This document shows, piece after piece, positions 52,153-64,000 of a stretch of 64,000 nucleotides of DNA; the first letter of the stretch is position 1; every line of letters starts with the position of its first letter. Under the pieces are notes generated by a model that saw nothing but the letters and a program-made list of their open reading frames with translations, was not told where the DNA came from and did no database searches. This DNA is from Pecten maximus (taxonomy: Eukaryota): contig NC_047022.1 in assembly GCF_902652985.1 (NCBI RefSeq), forward strand, positions 13,392,001 to 13,456,000. The letters run 5' to 3'. The position numbers and the translations under genes are program-made.

Positions 52153-53079
52153 AGCTTTCCTGCTATTCCATAATTCAGTAGCTTGGCTATCGTATTATGC
52201 TTTCTGTTGTGTTTTGTTTTCTTATTGAATTAGCTTAGAGTATAGCTTTTGTCCGCGTTATAATGACGTGTTTAATCTTTATTTACGGGATGTGATCCGT
52301 GTAATGGTTTAACACAGGTTAAAAAATAGACGTCAATGCTTTTGTCTAATTGCATGACGTCATCATTGAAATACAGAAAATGAAGTTTTATTTGACTGTC
52401 GTTCGTTGGTATTAATTTTCATAAATATCCCAATTCGAAATTGACTTCTTTTGTAGATAAAAACAGCATTAGGCAGTCTAAATTCGTTTGTTCGAAGTTG
52501 TGAGGAGGGGACGGGGATGGAAAAAGTCTTCGAGATATCCCTGTGTGTTCGAGATAACTGAGAATATACATATATATACGAGTTGTCAGAGCGTGAGATA
52601 ATGAAGTTTGACTGTGTTTTAAAAATATTGAAAAAGCTTGAATATTCTTATCATTTTCAGACATTGGGGAAAGCAGAATATTATATTGAAAGAATAATTG
52701 TACGAATTGCACACAAGTGAATATCACTTTAAATTAAAAAAAAAAAAAACGTTAATACATACAGTATCTATTTGTAGATATTTGCATATTAATCTATATC
52801 ATACAACTGTTTCGTCCATCTAGAACTCGTCATCGACGATAAGACTGTGGTATACTAAAGCTTGAGGAATGATATAGGTATTATCTGTACTTAGCTGGTA
52901 TATTGTATCACAAACCAGGTGTTAAACAGACCCTGCACTGATTACACAGTAACGCTGATGTCTGTTTCCTTTGAGGTATGGAATACTAACAGAAGCGAGT
53001 CTGTTTGGGATTCAATATAAATCCGATAAAAGGAAACCATGTGCCAAAAATAGCACTGGGATTATAATGTCCTGAAAAC

Positions 53080-53845
53080 CTCTCAACTGAAGGTAACCCT
53101 TCTTTTATATATTAACATTGGGCAAAGGGGTAATAATATATATAGTCACAATTATCTCACTACCAAAACTAAACCCTTCTTTAATTTATTAATATTCGGC
53201 AAAGGGGTCATGATATATTGACACAATTATCTCACTACCGAAGCTAACCCTTCTTTCATAGTGTGATATCTCTCCAAAGCGTTTCTTTCTTCTTTATTAA
53301 CGTTTGGCATATGGGTCAAACTGTATTGTTACGAAAATCTCACAACTGATGCTAACCCTTCTGTCTTTCTGTCGGTCTGTCTATTTATCTGTATATATCA
53401 TGACGTCCTACAGATCTCAGTACCAAAGCTAACCATTTACTAATATATTGACATTCCGAAAAGCCTAGTAAATGTCACTCTGAGTAATTTATATCATTGT
53501 TTATAGACGAAAGAAAAGGGTCATTTCTTCATAAAAAAAATCTACACTTTTGGTGATACAGTATCAGATGACTTACGGCTAACTCTTGTCATTCACCCTA
53601 AATCTATTGTTGTTCTCCGTAGGGTTAAAATCTAAGTAAAATTGAATTATCACAATTATCTCACTTCCGAATATAACCCTTCTGTCTTATATTCGGTAAA
53701 GGGGTCATACCGGTAATATGTTGTCACAATTATTTAACTTTCGAATCTAAGCCTTCCTACATAGTGTGGTATTTCTCCAAAGCGTTTCTTTCTTCTTTAT
53801 TAACGATTGGCATAAGGGTCAAAATGTATTGTTACTAAGCTAACA
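53080..53845 (+). repeat. Old degenerate repeat cluster (~65-bp units plus a ~170-bp duplicated block)
   Basis: ACAATTATCTCACTACCGAAGCTAACCCTTCT recurs; 53250-53335 is duplicated at 53750-53835. Confidence 0.6.
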
Positions 53846-54822
53846 CTTGATATTCCTCCAAAATGTGTTCCATCTTGTTTATTTCCAGGAACGCCGGGCA
53901 TTATTACTGATGTGTATCAGGACAGAACTAGGTCATACTATCAACTAAAATTACACAGCATTGTCCACCAGGGTAAATAAGCTTCACAAAAATCCATGAT
54001 CGCCTAAATCTCTCATCCTGAGTGCCAAGATGGCTTCTTCTCGCCTTGCCTGACATTCCACTCATTGTGTTTTGGGTTAATTAATTGTTATTTGATTCAC
54101 AGTGATGCATATGTGAATGCATGCCTTTCACTACTCTTGGTTGGTTTGAGACAAAGCAAATGTCTGAGAGTGTGGAGAAACCAATCCGATTTAGGTGTAC
54201 AATAGTAACATCATTTGCCAAAAAGCATTGCCCTCGATAGTAGTGTCAATGTGCGCCCTGATTACATCTGCTACATCGTAACAAAGGACTATACTTTTAT
54301 AATCGATATCCCTGGTACGGATTACACTGCTCCTCCATAGAAACACACTGCTGTTTAATATTGTGGTTCGATATAAAACCTATGACATTTGTGAAGTGTA
54401 TTCGACAAGGTTTTCTGTATGTAAGTGATGTTGTGATAGAAGTAGATGTCTTTTTAGACCCAGTGTATAAGTTATTTCATGTCATTGTAGGACAAACAAA
54501 ACATTACTGCCGTTTGGAAATTCTGTCTGAATATTTCATGCATTTTCACATTTATGTCTGGCTGTCCAATTCGGTCTGGCGTGATTCTTATCAGAAATGT
54601 TTTTACCTTATATGGTAGTATAATTATGCCGATTTAACGAGATTTTACACAATCTATACAAATAATTCCCCTGTCTAATCCATACACGTCAGGCACACAT
54701 TATATCCGTAGATAGTTAATACACCCGTAAACCTGGATATAGATCTGTGATATATCTGACCTTTTCTGCACATGAAAATCACATGAAACGTTCATATCTA
54801 GTAATGGTCTATAGCTACATAC

Positions 54823-54862
54823 CTGTCAATATCGTCCATAGCGAGCGCCCCGATGTCGTCAT
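54823..54862 (-). CDS. Secreted Cys-rich/mucin-like protein, exon 1 (start of signal peptide MTTSGRSLWTILT)
   Basis: ACAG|gtatgt donor, phase 1; with exon 2 gives the signal peptide MTTSGRSLWTILTVSVSLMCAYS; alternative in-frame ATG at 54898. Confidence 0.65.
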
Positions 54863-55249
54863 GCCAGTCGGAGGGAAATGTTCGGATATCGCCAACATGT
54901 GTTCGATGTTTTCCTCTGTGTCGCTAGTTCTCGTCTCTCCTGATCCGAAGTGGACGTGTGTTGTAAAATGCACACGTGAGAAATACGATGCCCGTGTGTT
55001 GGGTGACTAAACATCCGTCCATTGTGGCCCGGAGGAAAGATACACATAGTACCAGCCAGTCTAAGTGCATGCCTGTGAGAGCACCAGCCAGACACGGCGA
55101 AGTGGGCGTTTCCTATTGTGCATGTTAATGAGAAGCGATGACAAAGCTGGAAATTGATCCCGAAAATCAGTTATTAAACTCTTTATTAGCAAACTATAAA
55201 ATCCAGTCCCGAGTTAATATTGAAGATAGCTATTAACGATATAATACAC

Positions 55250-55885
55250 TTATTTATCCGGGACGTGTACATGTTTTTATGTTCATTCATCCGTGACCGT
55301 GTACATATTTTTATTTTCATTCATCCGCGACCTGTACATATTTTTATTTTCATTTATCCGTGACGTGTACATGTTTTTATTTTCATTTATCCGTGCCGTG
55401 TACATGTTTTTATTTTCATTCATCCGTGACCTGTACATGTTTTTATTTTCATTTATCCGTGACCTGTATATGTTTTTATTTTCATTCATCCGCGACCTGT
55501 ACATATTTTTATTTTCATTTATCCGTGACGTGTACATGTTTTTATTTTCATTCATCCGTGACCTGTACATATTTTTATTTTCATTTATCCGTGACGTGTA
55601 CATGTTTTTATTTTCATTCATCCGTGACCTGTACATATTTTTATTTTCATTTATCCGTGACGTGTACATGTTTTTATTTTCATTTATCTGTGACATGTAC
55701 ATATCTTAATTTTCATTTATCCGTGACGTATACATGATTTTATTTTCATTTATCCGTGACGTGTACATGTTTTTATTTTCATTTATCTGTGACGTGTACA
55801 TGTTTTTATTTTCATTTATCTGTGACGTGTACATGTTTTTATTTGTATTTATCCATGATGTGTACATATTCTTATTTTCATATTT
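55250..55885 (+). repeat. 33-bp minisatellite (~19 units) just upstream of the mucin-like gene
   Basis: Unit ATCCGTGACGTGTACATGTTTTTATTTTCATTT. Confidence 0.94.
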
Positions 55886-56099
55886 TTATTTCTAATAAGC
55901 TTGTTTACCGTTTGTTGTTTGGTCAGAAAAAATACTATATAAAGACATTAATGCCCACAATATAAACAGTTATATTGATAATTATAAAGATAATGACAAT
56001 AAAAAAATTGAAATGAAATGAAATAGATAAATAAACAGGATTTTTTTTCAGCTCTATCTAATTTGAATACGAGATTTTAATAATGTGAATAAATCAACA

Positions 56100-57740
56100 C
56101 AACATATAATATGGTACCCAGGTAATTAGTAACGCGTCAAAAACATATATGTTGTACCCAGGTAATTAGTAATGCGTCAAAAACATTTATGTTGTACCAA
56201 GGTAATCAGCCCTGCGTAAGTTAACATATATGTAGTACCCAGGTAATTAGTCCTCTGTCAATAAACATATATGTTGTACCCAGGTAATTAGTCCTGCGTC
56301 AATAAACATATATGTTGTACCCGGGTAATTAGTCCTGCGTCAATAAACATATATGTTGTACCCAAGTAATTAGTCCTGTGTCAATAAACATATATGTTGT
56401 ACCCAGGTAATTAGTCCTCTGTCAATAAACATATATGTTGTACCCAGGTAATTAGTCCTGTGTCAATAAACATATATGTTGTACCCAGGTAATTAGTCCT
56501 GTGTCAATAAACGTATATGTTGTACCCAGGTAATTAGTCCTCTGTCAATAAACGTATATGTTGTACCCAGGTAATTAGTCCAGTGTCAATAAACATATAT
56601 GTTGTACCCAGGTAATTAGTCCTCAGTCGATAAACATATATGTTGTACCCAGGTAATTAGTCCTCAGTCGATAAACATATATGTTGTACCCAGGTAATTA
56701 GTCCTCAGTCAATAAACATATATGTTGTACCCAGGTAATTAGTCCAGTGTCAATAAACATATATGTTGTACCCGGGAAATTAGTCCTCAGTCGATAAACA
56801 TATATGTTGTACCCAGGTAATTAGTCCTCTGTCAATAAACATATATGTTGTACCCAGGTAATTAGTCCTCTGTCAATAAACATATATGTTGTACCCAGGT
56901 AATTAGTCCAGTGTCAATAAACATATATGTTGTACCCGGGAAATTAGTCCTCAGTCGATAAACATATATGTTGTACCAAGGTAATCAGTCCTCTGTCAAT
57001 AAACATATATGTTGTACCAAGGTAATTAGTCCAGTGTCAATAAACATATATGTTGTACCAAGGTAATTAGTCCAGTGTCAATAAACATATATGTTGTACC
57101 AAGGTAATAAGTCCTCAGTCGATAAACATATATGTTGTACCCAGGTAATTAGTCCTCAGTCGATAAACATATATGTTGTACCCAGGTAATTAGTCCTCTG
57201 TCAATAAACATATATGTTGTACCCAGGTAATTAGTCCAGTGTCAATAAACATATATGTTGTACCCAAGTAATTAGTCCTCTGTCAATAAACATATATGTT
57301 GTACCAAGGTAATTAGTCCAGTGTCAATAAACATATATGCAGTACCCGGGAAATTAGTCCTCTGTCAATAAACATATATGTTGTACCCAGGTAATCAGTC
57401 CTCTGTCAATAAACATATATGTTGTACCCAGGTAATCAGTCCTCTGTCAATAAACATATATGTTGTACCCAGGTAATTAGTCCTCTGTCAATAAACATAT
57501 ATGTTGTACCCAAGTAATTAGTCCTCTGTCAATAAACATATATGTTGTACCCAGGTAATTAGTCCAGTGTCAATAAACATATATGGTGTACCCAGGTAAT
57601 TAGTCCTCTGTCAATAAACATATATGTTGTACCCAGGTAATTAGTCCAGTGTCAATAAACATATATGGTGTACCCAGGTAATTAGTCCTCTGTCAATAAA
57701 CATATATGCAGTACCCGGGAAATTAGTCCTGTGTCAATCA
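56100..57740 (+). repeat. 41-bp minisatellite (~40 units)
   Basis: Unit CATATATGTTGTACCCAGGTAATTAGTCCTCTGTCAATAAA. Confidence 0.97.
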
Positions 57741-58954
57741 ATGCCGTTGATAGAAGCACAAACTACACTGGTATAACCGGAGAAAGCATACATGAAGAAA
57801 ATCCAAAACCTAAACCAGTTTATTCACATATTAGTCAAGTTAAACATCAAAATGTGTTGATATTAATGCAGATGTCTTTACATACATTTTTAAAAGACAG
57901 ATTGAGGTTGATGAAGGTAATGAGGATCTTTGATGGAATACACCAGAGTCTTATTAGTAAGTACTACATTTTCTTTTCTCGTTGTTTTTGTGTGTTTGTT
58001 TTTTGTTTGTTTGTTTTTTTAGTTATTTTTTTAAGGAAGTTTGTCATATTTTATGTTCAGTGATACGCCTGGTTGTCCAAATTCGTTGTCATGGCCCCGG
58101 GCTTATAACCGAGATTTAACCTAGACATAGCGGCAGTGTCTATAAAGAAGGAAGGTTTAGCATATTGGCATTGGAAATACGGACTAAAGAATGTTTGTAA
58201 TGAGTATAGGGAATATCATTCTGGCTTCAGTTAGCATTTCAGAAAAGCACTAAGAACGTGTGGGCCTAGAAAATATCAATCAATTTTTAGTTATTTTCAA
58301 TGAAATTATTAATACTAAGTACTGAGAAACCCCACTGAAGTTTATCTTTACAAAAACACATACATAACATGGCGATGATATTGTTATTTTGTTCGTAAAA
58401 AACACTTGTTTCTTCTTAGGAAGGTAAGTTGAGATTCCATTCTATTTTTAATAAAACCTCTCAATGTTGTCAAAATATATTTTCAGTGGCATTTAAAACA
58501 AGCAATTGTGATTCTTGGCTATTTTGTTGATATATTGTAAAATTTATTTTTGAAATAATTGCACTTCATTATCAATTACGGAGAGAGCTCATATTTGAAA
58601 AAAAAACACATGCTGCCCAATATCATTTCAAAGTCTTTGGGAAATGTGGTTTATGATCTTCCATTTTATTATTTCAAAGATATGGTGTTAAGAAACTATA
58701 TGCTTTTTTTCATTCCACATTGTTATTCAAAATAATGGTAAGTTTAAGTAGATTTATCAATTACTTATGTTATTGATTTTGTAATATATTCTGATAGTAC
58801 ATAGGTACTCATAATAAGTTGTATTTCTTTATCTACCACATTGTGTGCGAATTTTCAGTTTTATCTCACTTTTTAAGAGTGTTTTGTCATGTTATTCGGT
58901 TCCAATACGGAAACAATTATAATATCGAAATAGCGTAAACATTAACCAGATACA

Positions 58955-61048
58955 GGTTATGTTACTAGACACCTAGTTATGTTACTAGACACCTAGTTAT
59001 GTTATAAGACACCTAGTTATGTTACTAGACACCTAGTTATGTTACAAGATACCTAGTTATTTTACTAGACACCCAGTTATGTTACTAATCACACAGTTAT
59101 ATTACAAGACACCTAGGTATGCTACTAGACATCCAATTATGTTACTTGACATCGAGTTATGTTACTAGACACCTAGTTATGTTACTAGACACACATTTAT
59201 ATTACTAGACAACCATTTATATTACTAGACAACCATTTATGTTACTAAATACCCTGTTGTGTTACTACACACCCAGTTGTGTAACTAAAAATCCTTTTAT
59301 GTAACTAGACACCCAGTTATATTATTAGACACCAATTTATGTTACTAGACATCCAATAATATTATCATACAGTCAGTTATATAACTATACACCCAGCTAT
59401 ATTACTAGACATCTAGTCATGTAACTAAACGCCCTGTTATGTTACTTAATATCAAGTTATGTTACTAGACACCAATTTATGTTACTAGACACCCAGTTAT
59501 ATTACTAGACATCTAGTTATGTTACTAGACATCCAGTTATGTTACTAGACACCCAGTTATGTTACTAGACACCCAGTTATGTTACTAGACACCCAGTTAT
59601 GTTACTAGACACCAATTTATGTTACTAGAATCTAGTTATGTTACTAGACACCCATTTATGTTACAAGACACCCAATTATATTACTAGAATCTAGTTATGT
59701 TACTAGACATCCAGTTATGTTACTAGACACCAATTTATGTTACTAGACACCCAATTATATTACTAGAATCTAGTTATGTTACTAGACACCCAGTTATGTT
59801 ACTTAATATCAAGTTATGTTACTAGACACCCATTTATGTTACAAGACACCCAATTATATTACTAGACATCTAGTTATGTTACTAGACATCCAGTTATGTT
59901 ACTAGACACCCAGTTATGTTACTAGAAACCCAGTTATGTTACTAGACACCCAGTTATGTTAGTAGACATCCAGTTATGTTACTAGACATCCAGTTATGTT
60001 ACTAGACATCTAGTTATGTTACTAGACACCCAGTTATGTTACTAGACACCAGTTATGTTACTAGACATCCAGTTATGTTACTAGACACCCAGTTATGTTA
60101 CTAGACATCCAGTTATTTTACTAGACATCTAGTTGTGGTGTTAATAGACACCGATTTATGTTACTAGACATATAGTTATGTTACTAGACACCCAGTTATG
60201 TTACTTAATATCAAGTTATGTTACTAGACACCCATTTATGTTACTAGACATCTAGTTATGTTACTAGACACCCAGTTATGTTACTAGAAACCCAGTTATG
60301 TTACTAGACACCCAGTTATGTTAGTAGACACACAGTTATGTTACTAAACATCCAGTTATGTTACTAGAAATCCAGTTATGTTACTAGACACCCAGTTATG
60401 TAACTAGACACCAGTTATGTTACTAGAAATCCAGTTATGTTACTAGACACCCAGTTATGTTACTAGACATCCAGTTATGTTACTAGACATCTAGTTGTGG
60501 TGTTAATAGACACCGATTTATGTTACTAGACATATAGTTATGTTACTAGACACCCAGTTATGTTACTTAATATCAAGTTATGTTACTAGACACCCATTTA
60601 TGTTACTAGACATCTAGTTATGTTACTAGACATCTAGTTATGTTACTAGACACCTAGTTATGTTACTAGACACCTATTTATGTTACTAGACATCTAGTTA
60701 TGTTACTAGACACCCAGTTATGTTACTAGAAACCCAGTTATGTTACTAAACACCAAGTTATGTTACTAGACACCCAGTTATGTTACTAGACACCGGTTAT
60801 GTTACTAGACACCCAGTTATATTACTAATCACACAGTTATATTACTATACATCCAGTTATGTTACTAGACACCGGTTATGTTACTAGACACCCAGTTATG
60901 TTACTAATCACACAGTTATATTACTAGACCTCCAGAGTTATATTACTAGACATCCAGAGTTATATTACTGGACATCCAGAGTTATATTACTAGACATCCA
61001 GAGTTATATTACTAGACATCCAGAGTTATATTACTAGACACCTGGTAT
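58955..61048 (+). repeat. 20-bp satellite (~100 units)
   Basis: Unit GTTATGTTACTAGACACCCA; 22-bp variant (CCAGAG) at the 3' edge. Confidence 0.96.
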
Positions 61049-62189
61049 AGTTATACCCTTTTTGCATTGTATGTATGTATTAAATGGAAGGGCGTTGATT
61101 ATATTGTCAGAACTACTACCGAGTTTTATCTTTGAATTTATTTATCATGTCACATCACATGGATCTGACATTGGTTTACATGGTGAGTATGTCGTCTAGG
61201 AACCAGAAAAAGAAAACCCTTCCAGTATATCCGTTGAAATTTGTTCGTATCTTTGGCTCGATTAATTTTGAATGACGGTATCGTAACATGTCGATATTCT
61301 GTTTGTTGTTGTATTGAACGAATATTTGTACAAATCCACACGAGTGGAAGAGCCATCGACTAATATTTGGCAAGTTCAAATAATTTAAATCACCAGCGTC
61401 ATAGTTTTGTAACATAACATGTAAGCAGGTGCTTGTCCAGTCATTTGATTTTCGTATTAAAATGACTAGCGCGGATATGACTCCCTATCCATGTCCTTGT
61501 TCTGACTCAAATCCGCCGGACACGGCACGAGTCGTCTCCGATCACTCGATATGTCGTAAATAACACGGGGAAATACAGGACATTTGATAAACTGTGATAA
61601 CATATCATCTTTTTGAAAATGACGGCCATCAGGATGTCTAAAAAGACAGGACATCATATTTGGTTGAAGAAATTGTAAAGAGAAAGAAAAAGTGTAAGGC
61701 AATTTTTAAAGAAATGTTTAAAAAAAAAAGTTGCTCAACAGATTTCCCTGATGTCATATCTAGTATGGTATGATGACATCAGAGGGATGGCTTGACTTCT
61801 TTGATGCCGAAATACGTCACAGTTTCGCGTGACCGCTCCGCTCATTTAAATATTAGGTTATGTCTCTCAACACGAGGACACATCGAAAGGCTGATGAGGA
61901 CCAACTTTGCCTTGATATAAAGTTTGAGTGACACGTTTTGTTCGTTTTTTGACAAAAGCGAAATCAAAGCCTAAATGGTTTGATGACTGATGTCCTGCTT
62001 CAATAAACATAATTTGTCATTCACAAAAACAAAAACAGTTAAGAATATCGATACGAAACCATACCGTTACTCTGCCTAAGACAAAAAGAGGACGAAATAC
62101 GAGCATAAATACGGGCTTACATTGAAAACTTAAAAAAAGTACAAGGAAACAGGACAAAGTATTCTTGAAGAGAAAGCGTCTAGTATAAA

Positions 62190-63895
62190 CCACATTTTAT
62201 TTCGTAAGCTTGTTCAATACACCATCCAAGTAATGTGACATACAATGAAGTTATATGCTTGAACAAGTTGTTAGACTGATATAAATCTGTTTCCTTAGCA
62301 GAAACTATAGTAAATGTATAACAGATTACTAATTTAGCAAAAATACGAAACTGATAGAAAATCTAACAGCATTATCAAATTACTTGAAAAGGATATTGGA
62401 AGAAAGAAAAGAGAAAATGGATAAGGAAGGTAAGGGGCGTAGCATTTTACTGAGTCTAAACTCGTATATGAGTTATTACAGTTGAAACATTAAAACAAAT
62501 ATTTAATGCTGTGAACTGCTGTCTATTGCTATAAACTAATAGCATGTGACATAATAAGAGCGTAAATAGCAATAATTCACAGTGATGAAATTTCGTAGAC
62601 AAAACTTATTATCAGTGAAAAGGGTTAACGAAAACGATTAGAGTTGATAATGACATTTTGTTTACAAATAGATATATCTTTATTTTGACCAGATGAAAGA
62701 CTTTTGACACCAAACAATCGCGTTTCTAATGATATCTGGTTTTGAATAGGGCGGAAACATATTTGTCTAATAAGTGATGAGCGTTTGTTTCATTTGCCTC
62801 ACTGCAGGAGCAGGGTGGGCTTGCTACTGAATTCCTGTGCAAAAGATGAAGACTTTCAATTCGGAGTGTGGCGTGATATAATTGTGTCAAAGAAAAAATA
62901 TTATTCTTTTTGATGGAAAAATCTATAACGATATGTCTTAAGTTTCGTTCTGTATGTCTTCGGTAAGTTGACAGAAACAGACTTGAACGGTTTTTGAAGC
63001 ATGTTTGTTCTACAACGTACAGATACCAATTTGTTTAAGTCTCTAATATTATGTTGGTGGATAGTCGAGTGTCGTTCTGGAAGAAGATTTCTGAGATATT
63101 GTGGTGTCAAGTTGTGTACTATTTTGTGATGTTTGGGTTTAAAGATTTGCATGACTAGTGAGTTTGGTGCCTCCTCCAATGAAGCCTGCAGCTTCTAGGT
63201 GTATGTTGTCTATCATTTGTGATTGCGTGTTGGTCAAATTGTCCCAAGCAATATCTCCATAGACGACTAGAATTGGTCTTATAAAGGTAAAATAAATGCA
63301 TATGTTACAATGTTTGCGATCGACAGTATGCTTTAGTTTTATGAATACACTCAATTAAGCAGACGCTTTTTTTTTTTAGTATTATTCAATGTGAGATTGC
63401 CACCCACTATAATATGAGAAAATACACCTAAGAGTTTATACGAATTCACGGCGTGTAAGATATTCTCGTTCATTGTCAAAGTGGTGATTTGGTGGGTTTG
63501 TTTTCCAACTATCAATAAGAGTTTCAGTTTTCAGAAGATACAATTTACTAGCCATTTTTTTGACCAATTAAATATTTTTTCCAAGTCCCTGTTCAAGATA
63601 TCAGCAGTAGCAAAGGATGAGTCAACAGGAGCATATAAAGAGGTATTGTCAGCAGATAGCTATATAATTAATTGGATATTGTCAGCTATATCATTGATAA
63701 AAACCAGAAATAACAATGGGCCTAATATTTTGCCTAGAAGAATACTTATTGTTCATGACAATTCGCTGTGAACAATCCAACAGTTAATTTGAAAAGCATG
63801 GCAACAATTTACCAGTTATTCCAAAACTTCGCAATTTAGCAAAATGAACGCGATGAAAAACACGATTAAACGCTTTGCTGATATCGCAAAAAAAG
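62190..63895 (-). mobile_element. Decayed 5'-truncated CR1/L2-type LINE (RT and C-terminal region)
   Basis: Minus-strand FCDISKAF.RV, LGPLLFLVFINDI, ADNTSL, FIRPIL.YGDIAWDN, PQYLRNLLP, PCSCS..NETLITY; frameshifts; AATAAA near 62197. Confidence 0.85.
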
Positions 63896-64000
63896 TAAGC
63901 ATCTTCTACTTCACCGACAAACTCGCCATAGAAATCCAGGTCAACTCCAGGTTAAATCACGCTCTCAATTAAGAGAGTTAGGGTGGTGATAACGGAGCCA

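Noticed and set aside
53577-53592. Alternative first exon MTRVS with gtaagt donor for the mucin-like gene
   Set aside because: Exon at 54823-54862 gives a much better signal peptide; this one sits in degenerate repeats
1-61048. Regular 20-43-bp repeats as CRISPR arrays
   Set aside because: Head-to-tail monomers without unique spacers; eukaryotic context; no cas genes
61880-61965. Hammerhead ribozyme (CTGATGA with nearby GAAA)
   Set aside because: Required stems I-III cannot be formed

Overview
Eukaryotic, AT-rich, intron-containing DNA with no prokaryotic features. The repeat content (tRNA-derived V/CORE-type SINEs, Helentron-type HINEs, many minisatellites) points to a bivalve mollusc, probably a scallop (inference). 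Four genes were reconstructed by hand with consistent splice phases. (1) The 3' six coding exons of an AUTS2/FBRSL1/tay-family gene (+, 2768-8353), with a probable ~5 kb 3'UTR. (2) A compact two-exon NHL/6-bladed beta-propeller gene (+, 22893-24161). (3) A secreted discoidin(F5/8C)+clan GH-A glycoside hydrolase with an intronless, bacterial-looking CDS broken by one extra base (-, 26322-28581). (4) A >=9-exon secreted Cys-rich + mucin-stalk protein (-, 54862 to <=35043). Roughly a third of the window is tandem repeat (units 20-64 bp), and most long ORFs in the track are artefacts of these arrays. There are also two young SINE copies, SINE relics, two HINE-like elements and two decayed LINEs. 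The most notable observations are minisatellites whose monomers carry functional signals (arrays of 5' splice donors in AUTS2 introns, a CTCF-motif array, CRE arrays) and the possible horizontally acquired glycosidase with a nested domain architecture.
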